From Candidatus Nanoarchaeia archaeon (GTDB lineage: Archaea; Nanobdellota; Nanobdellia; Woesearchaeales; DATDXC01): a stretch of DNA of 63,823 nt. The stretch spans positions 1-63,823 of the forward strand of contig DATDXC010000074.1 in assembly GCA_035289425.1 (NCBI GenBank). The letters are read 5' to 3'. The position numbers and the translations under genes were made by a program. Below the pieces are notes generated by a model. That model had not been told where the DNA came from and did no database searches. It saw nothing but the letters and a program-made list of their open reading frames with translations. Below, one piece after another: positions 53,761-62,930 of the stretch. Position 1 is the stretch's first letter. The number at the start of each line of letters is the position of its first letter.

Positions 53761-55143
53761 ATGGCATTAGTAGAATCCTTTTCAGGTATACGGGGTGTTT
53801 TTGGAAAAGACCTCACCGGAAATATCGCACGGAGATACGCATATGTCTATCATCAATACCTAACCGAAAAGCTGCAGAAGACTCCTCAGATTGTGGTAGG
53901 GACTGATACGAGAGAATCAGCAACTATGCTCAAGGAAGCTATTTTTGATTCTTTGTTTGACATCATTGATGTAGGCGTCATGACTACGCCTGGCATAGAG
54001 TTTGCAGTCAGGGAGCTGAAGGCTGATGGCGGCATCATAGTTACGGCATCCCATAATGAGCCCGAGTTCAATGGCCTGAAATTCTTAGGTGATGATGGCG
54101 GCATATTGCAGGAAAGCCAGGCAATAATCGATAGGTATCATGCAATCGAGAACTTAAGCGAAGAGGACTTCCTTAACACACTGTTGTACAAAGATACAGA
54201 ACCAGGCCGGGTAAAGCACATCATGAATGTTGATATCAAGAGCAGATATTTCGATTTCTTGCTGAAGATCATTGGCTCCAAGGCAATTGGACTCATCAGG
54301 TCTGCAGGGTTGAGCGTTGTTTTGGATCCGGTAGGAGGGACTGCAATAATAGCTCGCGACATCCTCAAGAATCTTAACGTGAAGGTAAAGTGCCTTAATT
54401 GTAAAGAAGGAGATTTTACCAGGGAGATTGACCCCAGCGGTGATGCTATCGAGTATCTAACCAATGAGGTAGGGAATTATAATTTTGCAGCAGCCTTTGA
54501 TTTGGATGGCGACCGGATGGCTATCGCAACTAAGGAAGGGACCATATCTGGAAATCAGATTCTTGCATTGCTGGTTGAAGATGTGATATCACAGAAGAAA
54601 GGAACTATCGTAATTAATGATGCCACCTCCCAGGTTGTCAATGCTGTTGCTGCGGAGCATAAGGTTGATATCAAGGAAGTCGAGGTTGGTGAGGCAAATG
54701 TTGTCAAGACAATGTATGATCTCAACAGTCCGATAGGTGGAGAAGGAAGCAGCGCAGGTGCCATTTATCCCCCATCACGATGCAGGGATGGGATACTTAG
54801 CTTGCTATTCATACTGAAGATACTGGCAGAGAATCAGAAAACCCTGCAGCAGCTTGTAGCTGCGCTACCCATATACCACAATATTAAGAAAGCTCTTCCT
54901 TTTGATCCATCTAAGAATGATGAAATCAAAGAGAAGCTGAAAAAGCATTATCGCCAGCACAAGATGCAGGAAACAGGTGGCAGTACTGGCGGACTTAAAG
55001 TAGTCATTGACAAGCATACCTATGTGTGGTTCAGGGCTTCTAAGACTGAGGGAAATCTGTTCCGCATCATTGTTGACTCTGATGATAAGGAGAAAGCCCA
55101 CAGATTAATGACGCAGGCAGTGGAATTCTTTCAGTCTCTGTAG
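53761..55143 (+). CDS. alpha-D-phosphohexomutase (phosphoglucosamine/phosphomannomutase-like)
   Basis: Phosphoserine loop TASHNEPEFNGLKF, Mg site FDLDGDR and sugar loop GGEGS. ATG at 53761 (the track start at 53743 is a TTG). Confidence 0.85.
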   Translation: MALVESFSGIRGVFGKDLTGNIARRYAYVYHQYLTEKLQKTPQIVVGTDTRESATMLKEAIFDSLFDIIDVGVMTTPGIEFAVRELKADGGIIVTASHNEPEFNGLKFLGDDGGILQESQAIIDRYHAIENLSEEDFLNTLLYKDTEPGRVKHIMNVDIKSRYFDFLLKIIGSKAIGLIRSAGLSVVLDPVGGTAIIARDILKNLNVKVKCLNCKEGDFTREIDPSGDAIEYLTNEVGNYNFAAAFDLDGDRMAIATKEGTISGNQILALLVEDVISQKKGTIVINDATSQVVNAVAAEHKVDIKEVEVGEANVVKTMYDLNSPIGGEGSSAGAIYPPSRCRDGILSLLFILKILAENQKTLQQLVAALPIYHNIKKALPFDPSKNDEIKEKLKKHYRQHKMQETGGSTGGLKVVIDKHTYVWFRASKTEGNLFRIIVDSDDKEKAHRLMTQAVEFFQSL

Positions 55144-55240
55144 TTCTGCTCTCAAAAGGTTACCTTGCACCCGTAACAAAAATAACAAAACCTTTATAAA
55201 TGAATATCTACATATGTCGACTGTAAGGGGTGGTTGCAGG

Positions 55241-55378
55241 ATGCCTGAATATGGCACATGTGGCCTTTGTGGAAAAGGTCAATTAGCTTTATTAGAGCAG
55301 AAGAACGTGGCCAATACGCCCTATAATATACTTAGGTGCTCTTTATGCAAGCACGAAGTGGCTAAACGAGTTGAATGA
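55241..55378 (+). CDS. 45-aa zinc-ribbon protein, not in ORF track
   Basis: MPEYGTCGLCGKGQLALLEQKNVANTPYNILRCSLCKHEVAKRVE carries two CxxC pairs. A TATA box lies at 55193-55200 and an AAGGGGTGG SD at 55226-55234. Confidence 0.5.
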   Translation: MPEYGTCGLCGKGQLALLEQKNVANTPYNILRCSLCKHEVAKRVE

Positions 55379-55379
55379 T

Positions 55380-55511
55380 ATGGTCGGTCAAAAATCAATC
55401 CAGGACATTGAAGGGGAAGGGGCTAAGAAATGCCCTGAATGCGGCAGCAAGGATCTTGTTAAGAGAGACGATGAGATCTACTGCAAGAAATGCGGTTTTG
55501 TATTAGAGTAA
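55380..55511 (+). CDS. 43-aa TFIIB-type zinc-ribbon-only protein, not in ORF track
   Basis: MVGQKSIQDIEGEGAKKCPECGSKDLVKRDDEIYCKKCGFVLE has the CPECGS...L...E.YC..CG.VL pattern of the TFB/TFIIB N-terminal ribbon. It starts 1 nt after the previous stop. Confidence 0.55.
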   Translation: MVGQKSIQDIEGEGAKKCPECGSKDLVKRDDEIYCKKCGFVLE

Positions 55512-55516
55512 TTCTT

Positions 55517-56197
55517 ATGGATATCAAAGAAATTGTTGAGGAACTGTTGCAGATACGGTGCATTGTAAAGTATATAGTTCTGCCGGCTCCCACCAAGGCG
55601 AAGCAAGAGGGTTCTCTAGAACAGATGGTACGTAAGGAAAAGATACCTCAGCTTGATAATCTTGATTTCATCCAAAAAGCAGTCTTGGAACTGGAACAGA
55701 CCCAGAAAAAATCTTTCTCAGTTTCTGTAGAAAGACCATCCCAGAGCACTCAAAAGGTCAATGTCACCTATCGGGAAACTGAAGAAAGCCAGGAGATACA
55801 TGTTCAGACTTCAAAGTATTCAATTTCGATCTCTCAACTGAAGGAGAAACCAGATGAAAAGCCTTACACTCTTTCAATACACTATGAGAATACTGAGATA
55901 GAGCGGCTGCATGTCTCGTATGCTTTACGTGAGTATCCCAAAGAGAGGGATGAAGCTTTGCAGGATCACACTCACAAAATTGACAAGACTTTGCACATCA
56001 TGCCTACGTCCTTGATGGGCGGCGTATTAGGCTATACATATCTCGGTGAAAATTTCATGGCGAGAAGAGATGATTTGGTAGGTGATATGGCGCGGATGGT
56101 GGATGTGCATGAAGCTATCCATACACCGGATGAATATGAGACCAGAGTTCTTACTTCTTGGATGTTGCAGAGGACGCAGTTGAAGTATAAGCAGTAA
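55517..56197 (+). CDS. hypothetical protein with C-terminal HEAIH motif
   Basis: The start at ATG 55517 (MDIKEIVEEL) avoids overlap with the zinc-ribbon ORF. The only motif is VDVHEAIHTPDEYE (HExxH). Confidence 0.45.
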   Translation: MDIKEIVEELLQIRCIVKYIVLPAPTKAKQEGSLEQMVRKEKIPQLDNLDFIQKAVLELEQTQKKSFSVSVERPSQSTQKVNVTYRETEESQEIHVQTSKYSISISQLKEKPDEKPYTLSIHYENTEIERLHVSYALREYPKERDEALQDHTHKIDKTLHIMPTSLMGGVLGYTYLGENFMARRDDLVGDMARMVDVHEAIHTPDEYETRVLTSWMLQRTQLKYKQ

Positions 56198-56259
56198 TCC
56201 TACTGAAGTTTTTGCGCTAAGTATAAAATTATCTACAGCTCTTGGTTAAAACTTTCTTA

Positions 56260-57288
56260 TTACTCAGCTGAATGCTTGCCAATGTCTATCCGCAATGCTT
56301 TGTTGGTCTTGGCAATCGATGCTTTTCCATCCTTGAAGCCCATCACTGCCCTGATCGCATCGATGTTTTCGCACACAACATCCGATTCCTGATGGATAGC
56401 CTGCATATAGAGCAACTTGTTCTTGTATGTTCCAATCGCTTCCTTCCATACCACAATTTCTGGCATGTCTGCTCTGTCCCTTCCCAGATCTTTTGCAAAT
56501 TCCATGATCTCTGCAGTTGACCGTACTGCAGATTCATTTGCAACAACCCTTATCCTGGTAGTGTTCTTGAACAGTTTGATCACTTCATCTACATTGGGCG
56601 TCTCTTTGCAGTCAACAGTGATAGTATGCAGATGCATCAAAGTGGTTGAAACTGAAATGGCTGTTGTGAAAATCTCAACATCAGGAAGCACTGTCCTGAC
56701 ATCAGGTCCATGGTGGGATGGCAGCTCCAATACGGGCACTATGGCGTTGATCGGACCATGGCGTATGTCCCACGGGTCAGCTCCTCTCCTTATCATGGTT
56801 GCATGAACAGCTTCTATCCCATATTTGCTCCTTATAGCATTCAAGGTTCTGCACAATCCAGTGGTGTTGCAGCTTACCACCCTGAGATAATTTTTGCCGA
56901 CACACGCATCATAGTTTGACTGCGCATTAAAACTTGCATCTGCAACCTTTGGCTTTTCACCACCTTGGAAGATAGCCTTAATCTTATTTGGAATGTAATA
57001 TTTTTCCTTATTTTCAGCCCCCCCTTTCTTTGGTGAGCAATCTACAATAACATCAACTTTCTTGAGCAAGTCTTCAAAAGTTCCTGCAATATTAAGCCCA
57101 TTGAGTTCTTCTGATTCGGGCCATGTATACATAGCTATGCCTTTTTCCTGGCACGCTATCATCCGGTAATTATAGCTGTGCACTGTAACTCCGACCAATT
57201 CCATGTCGTCCTGCAGCCTGACTGCATCTGCAACCCTTTTTCCGATAGTACCGTAGCCCACAATCCCCACTCTTATTTTTCCAGCCAT
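56260..57288 (-). CDS. gap: glyceraldehyde-3-phosphate dehydrogenase, archaeal type II
   Basis: VGIVGYGTIGKRVA, catalytic Cys in VVSCNTTGLCR, and IVPVLELPSHHGPDV. Confidence 0.9.
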   Translation of the reverse strand: MAGKIRVGIVGYGTIGKRVADAVRLQDDMELVGVTVHSYNYRMIACQEKGIAMYTWPESEELNGLNIAGTFEDLLKKVDVIVDCSPKKGGAENKEKYYIPNKIKAIFQGGEKPKVADASFNAQSNYDACVGKNYLRVVSCNTTGLCRTLNAIRSKYGIEAVHATMIRRGADPWDIRHGPINAIVPVLELPSHHGPDVRTVLPDVEIFTTAISVSTTLMHLHTITVDCKETPNVDEVIKLFKNTTRIRVVANESAVRSTAEIMEFAKDLGRDRADMPEIVVWKEAIGTYKNKLLYMQAIHQESDVVCENIDAIRAVMGFKDGKASIAKTNKALRIDIGKHSAE

Positions 57289-57291
57289 TTT

Positions 57292-58353
57292 TTATTCACC
57301 CTTTTCGAAGAATAGTTTTGCTTCATCAAATCTTCCCTTTGGAACTGTCTTCAGTTTGCCTACTGCTTTTTCCAGGGGTACTGACACTATTTCAGTCCCT
57401 TTCAGAGACGCCATCATTCCAAATTCCCCTTTATCGACCATCTCTGCTGCTTTGATGCCCAGCCTTGTGCCCAATACCCGATCAAACACAGTCGGTTCAC
57501 CAGCCCTTTGGAGATGGCCGAGAACAACATGCCTGCATTCTACACTAGTTCTTTTCTCAATCTCAGCTGCCAATCTTTCTCCGATTCCACCAAGCCGTAC
57601 ATGACCAAATTCATCTTTCTCGCTTGTTTTCAGTTCCATCTGCCCTTTTTTTGGAACAGCTCCTTCTGCAACTGCAATAATAGCATAATTCTTGCCTTTC
57701 TTCTGCCTGTTTTTGATTATTGTGCAAATATCATTAATATCAAATTCCTCTTCTGGCAGCAGGATACAAGAAGCTCCTCCAGCCATGCCTGCTTCCAATG
57801 TCATCCATCCTGCATGCCTTCCCATGACCTCTATAACTAGTGTTCTGTGGTGAGATTGAGCAGTAGTGTGCAGATTTTGAATTGCTTCAGTTGCTCGTGT
57901 TATCGCAGTATTGAAGCCAAAGGTGTAATCTGTCTCACTGAGATCATTGTCTATAGTTTTTGGTACACCTACAACTTTGATACCTTCCTTTGTCAATTTC
58001 TGAGCTACTCCTAAGGTATCTTCTCCGCCAATCGCAATAAGGTAATCACATTTTAGGGATTTAAGGCTGTCCTTAACTTTTTGCGGCCCGCCATCTACTT
58101 TGTAAGGATTTGTCCGGGAGGTATGTAATATGGTTCCACCCAACATGTGGATGTCTTGCACCTGGTCCAGATCTAAGATGCCTTTATGGGTCCCTTCAAT
58201 CAATCCTTTCCATCCATCGGTAATACCGATGACATCATATCCCAGCTTCTTTGCTTTGAACACTATACCTCTGATTACTGCATTCAAGCCAGGCGCATCT
58301 CCTCCACCTGTTAATACTGCAATCTGCTTGTTCTTTTTACCGGTTATTGCCAT
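57292..58353 (-). CDS. pfk: 6-phosphofructokinase, PFK-A family (PPi-type signature residues)
   Basis: GGGDAPGLNAVIRG, IGGEDTLG (E. coli GGDGS), GVPKTIDND (E. coli GLPGTIDND) and MGRHAGW. The TATA box is about 25 nt upstream of the ATG. Confidence 0.85.
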   Translation of the reverse strand: MAITGKKNKQIAVLTGGGDAPGLNAVIRGIVFKAKKLGYDVIGITDGWKGLIEGTHKGILDLDQVQDIHMLGGTILHTSRTNPYKVDGGPQKVKDSLKSLKCDYLIAIGGEDTLGVAQKLTKEGIKVVGVPKTIDNDLSETDYTFGFNTAITRATEAIQNLHTTAQSHHRTLVIEVMGRHAGWMTLEAGMAGGASCILLPEEEFDINDICTIIKNRQKKGKNYAIIAVAEGAVPKKGQMELKTSEKDEFGHVRLGGIGERLAAEIEKRTSVECRHVVLGHLQRAGEPTVFDRVLGTRLGIKAAEMVDKGEFGMMASLKGTEIVSVPLEKAVGKLKTVPKGRFDEAKLFFEKGE

Positions 58354-58456
58354 GCAAAGGCTTGAAATGCCACCGGTATATAAATCTTTCTATCATCATA
58401 CACTATCATACAAAAAACAAAAGCTTTATATACATGCATTATAAATCACCACTATT

Positions 58457-59317
58457 ATGAAAGAACGAGTAACTATAACACTCGATGCTGCCCTTATCAG
58501 GCAGCTTGACAAAAGGGTCGATGGCAAAGAGATCAAGAATCGGAGCCAGGAGATAGAGCAGATGCTTGAAGATGCTTTAGGCATGACTGTTCCGGAAAAA
58601 GCAGTGATCCTTGCAGGTGGAAAGGGCACTCGATTACGGCCGTTGACGCTTCACACTCCCAAAGCCCTTGTCGATATACAGGGAAAAACGATAACTGAAT
58701 GGATATTTGACCTGCTTAAACGCTTTGGCATCAGGGATGCAATCCTTTCAGTCGGTTACCTTGCGGACAAGGTCAGGGATCATTTCACTGATGGAAGCAA
58801 GTTTGGGATGAATTTGGAATATGTTGAGGAAGATCCGGAAAAGCCTTTGGGCACTGCAGGGCCTTTGCTGCTTGCACAAAAATTGCTGAAAGACAGCTTT
58901 ATCCTTTCCAATGGTGATGAGTTAAAATGCATCAACATCCCTCGCATGTATCGGCTGCACAAACGGAAGAACGCACTTGCCACTCTTGCTTTGACTACGG
59001 TAGAAGACCCTTCGCAATATGGTGTCGCACGTCTCGATGGGAATAGGATCCTCGATTTTGTGGAAAAACCGAAGAGATCCGAAGCACCATCCAACCTGAT
59101 CAATTCCGGATTTTATATCTTAGAACCTGAGGTCATTGAGATGGTGCCTAAAGGGAAGTTCTGCATGATTGAGAAGGATATCTTTCCCCAGCTGGCCAGG
59201 GAGGGCAAGTTACGCGGTTTTCCCTTTTCCGGGCAATGGTTTGATACAGGCAGCTTTGAACGGTTAGAAAGGGCACGGAAGTTATGGAAGGGAATTCAGA
59301 TTGAGGAAGGGGATTAA
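58457..59317 (+). CDS. ribbon-helix-helix (CopG-like) domain fused to sugar-1-phosphate nucleotidylyltransferase
   Basis: The N-terminus MKERVTITLDAALIRQLDKRVDGKEIKNRSQEIEQMLEDAL has the RHH pattern. It is followed by AVILAGGKGTRLRPLT and a full NTP_transferase domain. TTTATATA at 58425-58432 places a leaderless start at 58457. Confidence 0.75.
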   Translation: MKERVTITLDAALIRQLDKRVDGKEIKNRSQEIEQMLEDALGMTVPEKAVILAGGKGTRLRPLTLHTPKALVDIQGKTITEWIFDLLKRFGIRDAILSVGYLADKVRDHFTDGSKFGMNLEYVEEDPEKPLGTAGPLLLAQKLLKDSFILSNGDELKCINIPRMYRLHKRKNALATLALTTVEDPSQYGVARLDGNRILDFVEKPKRSEAPSNLINSGFYILEPEVIEMVPKGKFCMIEKDIFPQLAREGKLRGFPFSGQWFDTGSFERLERARKLWKGIQIEEGD

Positions 59318-59360
59318 TTGCAACCAGAATATACATGGAAACAGAATAAACTTTAAAAAG

Positions 59361-60158
59361 TTACTTTATCCTGTATCTCTTTTTCTTTTTCTCAACAAAA
59401 CCTTCCCTTTCCAATCCCTCAAGAATCTTAATTGTTAGGATACTGTCCCTATCAATTTTTCGGATTAATTCCTCTTTGGAGACATTCTTTTTACCCAGTA
59501 ATTTTAGGATCTGGCCCCTCACCTGTCGGTTGGAGCCTTCAAACTTTGGCTGCTTGTAATATTGCTTGCTTTTTCTGTTGGGATTAGGGTATTTTTGCTT
59601 GAGCATGACCCCATAATCCATCAAGGCGTAATACCAGTCTCTCGGGTTTTTCTTGTCTAATGTCTTTTCAACCAGCTTTATTACCTCTTTATCATCAACC
59701 TTGCTTTTGTTTTTGAAAAAGAAATGAATAAACACTGTTCGTATGTTTGTCTCGATGAAAATAACCGGCTTGTTGAATGCGAAGGCTGCTATCTCACAGG
59801 CAGTTGCATGGCCAATTCCTGGTAGGGATTGTAAGGTATCGATATCATCAGGCAGTTTTCCTTTGAACTTTTCGCTTACAATCTCTGCCGTCTTCTTCAG
59901 AAACAATGCTCTCCTATTATAGCCCAGACCTGACCACGCTTTGATGACTTCTGATGATTTAGAATGCGCCAATGCTTTGAATGTAGGGAATTTTTTTATG
60001 AAGGCAGGAAAATAATCTTTGACCCTTTTCACTTGCGTCTGCTGGAGCATGAATTCAGAAACAAGAACCTTGTATGAATACTTCACATGCCTCCAAGCAA
60101 GTTTCCTGCCTTTTTCATAATAATGGTGGTATATAGTGCTTCTAAATGAATCTTGCAT
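59361..60158 (-). CDS. MutY/EndoIII-like HhH-GPD DNA glycosylase lacking the Fe-S cluster loop, with C-terminal winged-helix-like domain
   Basis: SEFMLQQTQV, WSGLGYNRRA and LPGIGHATACEI (HhH). There is no Cx6Cx2Cx5C. The C-terminus NRQVRGQILKLLGKKNVSKEELIRKI...LEGLEREGFVEK is wHTH-like. Confidence 0.7.
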   Translation of the reverse strand: MQDSFRSTIYHHYYEKGRKLAWRHVKYSYKVLVSEFMLQQTQVKRVKDYFPAFIKKFPTFKALAHSKSSEVIKAWSGLGYNRRALFLKKTAEIVSEKFKGKLPDDIDTLQSLPGIGHATACEIAAFAFNKPVIFIETNIRTVFIHFFFKNKSKVDDKEVIKLVEKTLDKKNPRDWYYALMDYGVMLKQKYPNPNRKSKQYYKQPKFEGSNRQVRGQILKLLGKKNVSKEELIRKIDRDSILTIKILEGLEREGFVEKKKKRYRIK

Positions 60159-60205
60159 TTTTTAAATAAGAAACTTTTATATATATTTAACTTTCCTTTA
60201 TTAGC

Positions 60206-61531
60206 ATGTCAATCTTTAAGGCATATGATGTAAGGGGCATCTATCCATCAGAACTTGATGAGGAATTAGCCTACAAAGCCGGCAGGGCTTTTGTGACCTT
60301 TCTTAAGATCAAAAGTGTGGTGGTTTCTCAAGACATGCGTGAAAGTTCTTCGAGTCTGAAGAGATCTTTGATTAAGGGAATAATTGATCAGGGAGCTGAT
60401 GTGCTTGAAGTGGAAGGGCTGTGCAGCACCCCTCGGAATTACTTCGCCTGCTGGTCCTTGAAAGCGCCTGGCAGCATCATGGTAACGGCATCCCATAATC
60501 CAGGGAAGTATAACGGGTTTAAGTTTACGAGAGAGAAAGCTATTCCGATTTCAGGCGAGACTGGCATCAAAAATATTGAGAAGTTAGTGCTGGAGAACAA
60601 ATTCAAAGATATTGGCAAAAAAGGCAAGGTTATTAAGAAGAATATTGTTGATGATTATAAAAAACATATTCTTTCGTTATTCGATCATAAGAGAATAAAA
60701 CCGCTAAAAGTCGTTATCGATGCAGGCAATGGCATGGGTGGAAGAGACATGGATTTGATCTTAACTGAATTGCCTTTAAAAGTGATTAGGATGTATTTTG
60801 ATCCTGATGGAAACTTCCCTAATCATGAAGCAAACCCTCTCGAGACAGAGAATGTTGTAGAACTTCAGAAAAAAGTGGTCTCTGAGAATGCTGATTTGGG
60901 GATAGCCTTAGATGGGGATGCAGATAGGGTGTTCTTTGTCGATGAAAAAGGAAGAATAGTCCCTGCTGATTTCATCACTTGTCTGCTCGCTGAAGAGATC
61001 CTGAAAAGAAAGAAGGGTACTGTGCTGTATGACCTGAGGAGCTCCTGGATTGTTGCTGAGACTATCAGGAAGCATGGAGGAAAGCCGCTCATGTCCAGGG
61101 TTGGGCATGCATTCATCAAGGAGCAGATGCGGAAGGAGAAAGCTGTCTTTGCAGGGGAATTGTCTGGTCACTTTTATTTCCAGGATAACTTCAACACAGA
61201 TTCCGGAATAGTTGCTGCTGTCAGGATTTTAGAGATCATCTCGAAAGAGAATAAGAAATTCAGTGAATTAGTTAAACCATATGAACACTATTGCCAAACT
61301 GGCGAGATCAACTTTGAAGTCAAAGACAAGGAAGGAAAGATGAAAGAGTTGGAGAAAAAATATTCAACTGGTAAGGTGTCTCACCTAGATGGCATCAGGA
61401 TAGACTTTGATGACTGGTGGTTTAATGCAAGAGCATCTAATACCGAACCTCTCCTGAGACTGAACCTGGAAGCGAAATCAAGAAAATTAATGGAAGAAAA
61501 AAAGAAAGAAATTTCCATTATTCTGAGCTAA
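60206..61531 (+). CDS. phosphomannomutase/phosphoglucomutase
   Basis: TASHNPGKYNGFKF, ALDGDADR and GELSGH motifs. Confidence 0.9.
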   Translation: MSIFKAYDVRGIYPSELDEELAYKAGRAFVTFLKIKSVVVSQDMRESSSSLKRSLIKGIIDQGADVLEVEGLCSTPRNYFACWSLKAPGSIMVTASHNPGKYNGFKFTREKAIPISGETGIKNIEKLVLENKFKDIGKKGKVIKKNIVDDYKKHILSLFDHKRIKPLKVVIDAGNGMGGRDMDLILTELPLKVIRMYFDPDGNFPNHEANPLETENVVELQKKVVSENADLGIALDGDADRVFFVDEKGRIVPADFITCLLAEEILKRKKGTVLYDLRSSWIVAETIRKHGGKPLMSRVGHAFIKEQMRKEKAVFAGELSGHFYFQDNFNTDSGIVAAVRILEIISKENKKFSELVKPYEHYCQTGEINFEVKDKEGKMKELEKKYSTGKVSHLDGIRIDFDDWWFNARASNTEPLLRLNLEAKSRKLMEEKKKEISIILS

Positions 61532-61707
61532 ATCATCTCCCCGATCTCTACACTATCATTCTCTGGAATGATGCTGTCATCTATCTGTTGTGCTACATCT
61601 TCCTGGGGTTCTTCAGTAGGTGCTTCAACTTGGGGGGCTTCTTCCTGGGTGGCACATCCGACAATCAGAGCGGACAGCACCAGGCAAAGCAATAATAATG
61701 TTCTCAT
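61528..61707 (-). CDS. 59-aa acidic putative lipoprotein, not in ORF track
   Basis: MRTLLLLCLVLSALIVGCATQEEAPQVEAP... has a lipobox-like LIVGC. Its ATG overlaps the stop of the upstream gene (ATGA). Confidence 0.5.
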   Translation of the reverse strand: MRTLLLLCLVLSALIVGCATQEEAPQVEAPTEEPQEDVAQQIDDSIIPENDSVEIGEMI

Positions 61708-62879
61708 TCGTCATCACCTGTTTCATTCTCATCATCATCTTCCCTGAGCTCATCTATAACCTTGTTTTGTTCCTCAAGCTGCTTATTCTCTTCCTTGATT
61801 TTTTCCGATGCTGCTTTCCTGAAGATCTCTTCCTTAATCTTCTGTTCCTTCAGTTCGACGCTCAGCTGTCTTTTTTCTTCCTCAGACACCTCACGCATCT
61901 TTTCCTTGATATCCTCCTTGATATCTTTCAATGTTGAGTCGCCCTCTTTAAGGCGGTCCAGCTCACTGTCGTTTAGGTCAAGCTTTTCGTAAACCTTCTG
62001 AAGCTTTTGTGTATTGAAGTCAGCAATCTTTTTCTTTACTGCCCCACCAAGCTCAACAATTTTCTTGTTTGTACTGTTGCTGACACTGTTTCTAAGCCTT
62101 ATTATCTTCTCTTCGCTGAGCATGCTGTGGACAATTTTCTTGAATTGCTGGCTTAGCTCCCTTGCTTCATGCTTCAATCTCACAAACTCCTGCACTGCAT
62201 CCTCTGACACCGGGTCAAGATCGTGCACCTGCTGTTTAAGATCTTTTAACTGCATGAGGATTGAGTCAAGCTCAGTTGTGTTTTTGCCTTCAGCCAACAG
62301 ATGGGACATGACCCTCTGCCCAATTAGGATATTCCGCTCAATGGCTAATTCAAGCTGCACTAGCCTCATCTCAGCTCCGATGAGGTGACCCATGACAGAA
62401 ATCTCATCAGAATCCCCTTCATCAGACGTTTCATCTTCATTAGATACTTCGTCTTCATCCTCATCATCTACTTCTTCCCCGTCATCATCATTCTGCTTGC
62501 ATTCAAAAGTTACATTTGTATCATTGCCCCCTATGATGGTGGTACGCAGTTTCTTATCTACTGTGCATGAGCTGCTCCATGAAAGCACATCCCCTGCAGA
62601 ACCGGTTACAACTGCCACACAGCTTCCAATGCCGGTGCAGCCAAATTCTCCATCTTCAGTGGTGCATTTTTCATCCTCATCAGAGCCTTCAAAGACACAT
62701 TTTACTTCCTCTGAAACTGTTGTTGATGCATTAGATGTTGTTTGCGTGCTACTCACATTAGCCGGTACGTTTGTAGTACTGCTTCCAACACTCACATTGG
62801 ATTGTGTGTTGCTCGTTACATTAGCCAAAGCAACTGTGGCCATCAATCCAACCAGGATCAAAGCCAATACTCCTTTCAT
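61704..62879 (-). CDS. secreted protein: Ser/Thr-rich stalk, Cys-containing domain, poly-acidic tract, long coiled coil
   Basis: Start set to the ATG at 62879, a few nt downstream of GGAGGAA. Signal peptide MKGVLALILVGLMATVALA. No known domain recognised. Confidence 0.6.
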   Translation of the reverse strand: MKGVLALILVGLMATVALANVTSNTQSNVSVGSSTTNVPANVSSTQTTSNASTTVSEEVKCVFEGSDEDEKCTTEDGEFGCTGIGSCVAVVTGSAGDVLSWSSSCTVDKKLRTTIIGGNDTNVTFECKQNDDDGEEVDDEDEDEVSNEDETSDEGDSDEISVMGHLIGAEMRLVQLELAIERNILIGQRVMSHLLAEGKNTTELDSILMQLKDLKQQVHDLDPVSEDAVQEFVRLKHEARELSQQFKKIVHSMLSEEKIIRLRNSVSNSTNKKIVELGGAVKKKIADFNTQKLQKVYEKLDLNDSELDRLKEGDSTLKDIKEDIKEKMREVSEEEKRQLSVELKEQKIKEEIFRKAASEKIKEENKQLEEQNKVIDELREDDDENETGDDE

Positions 62880-62930
62880 ATTCTTTCCTCCGAAATCGTT
62901 TGATTTCACCATATAGTGCAGTGGAACAAC

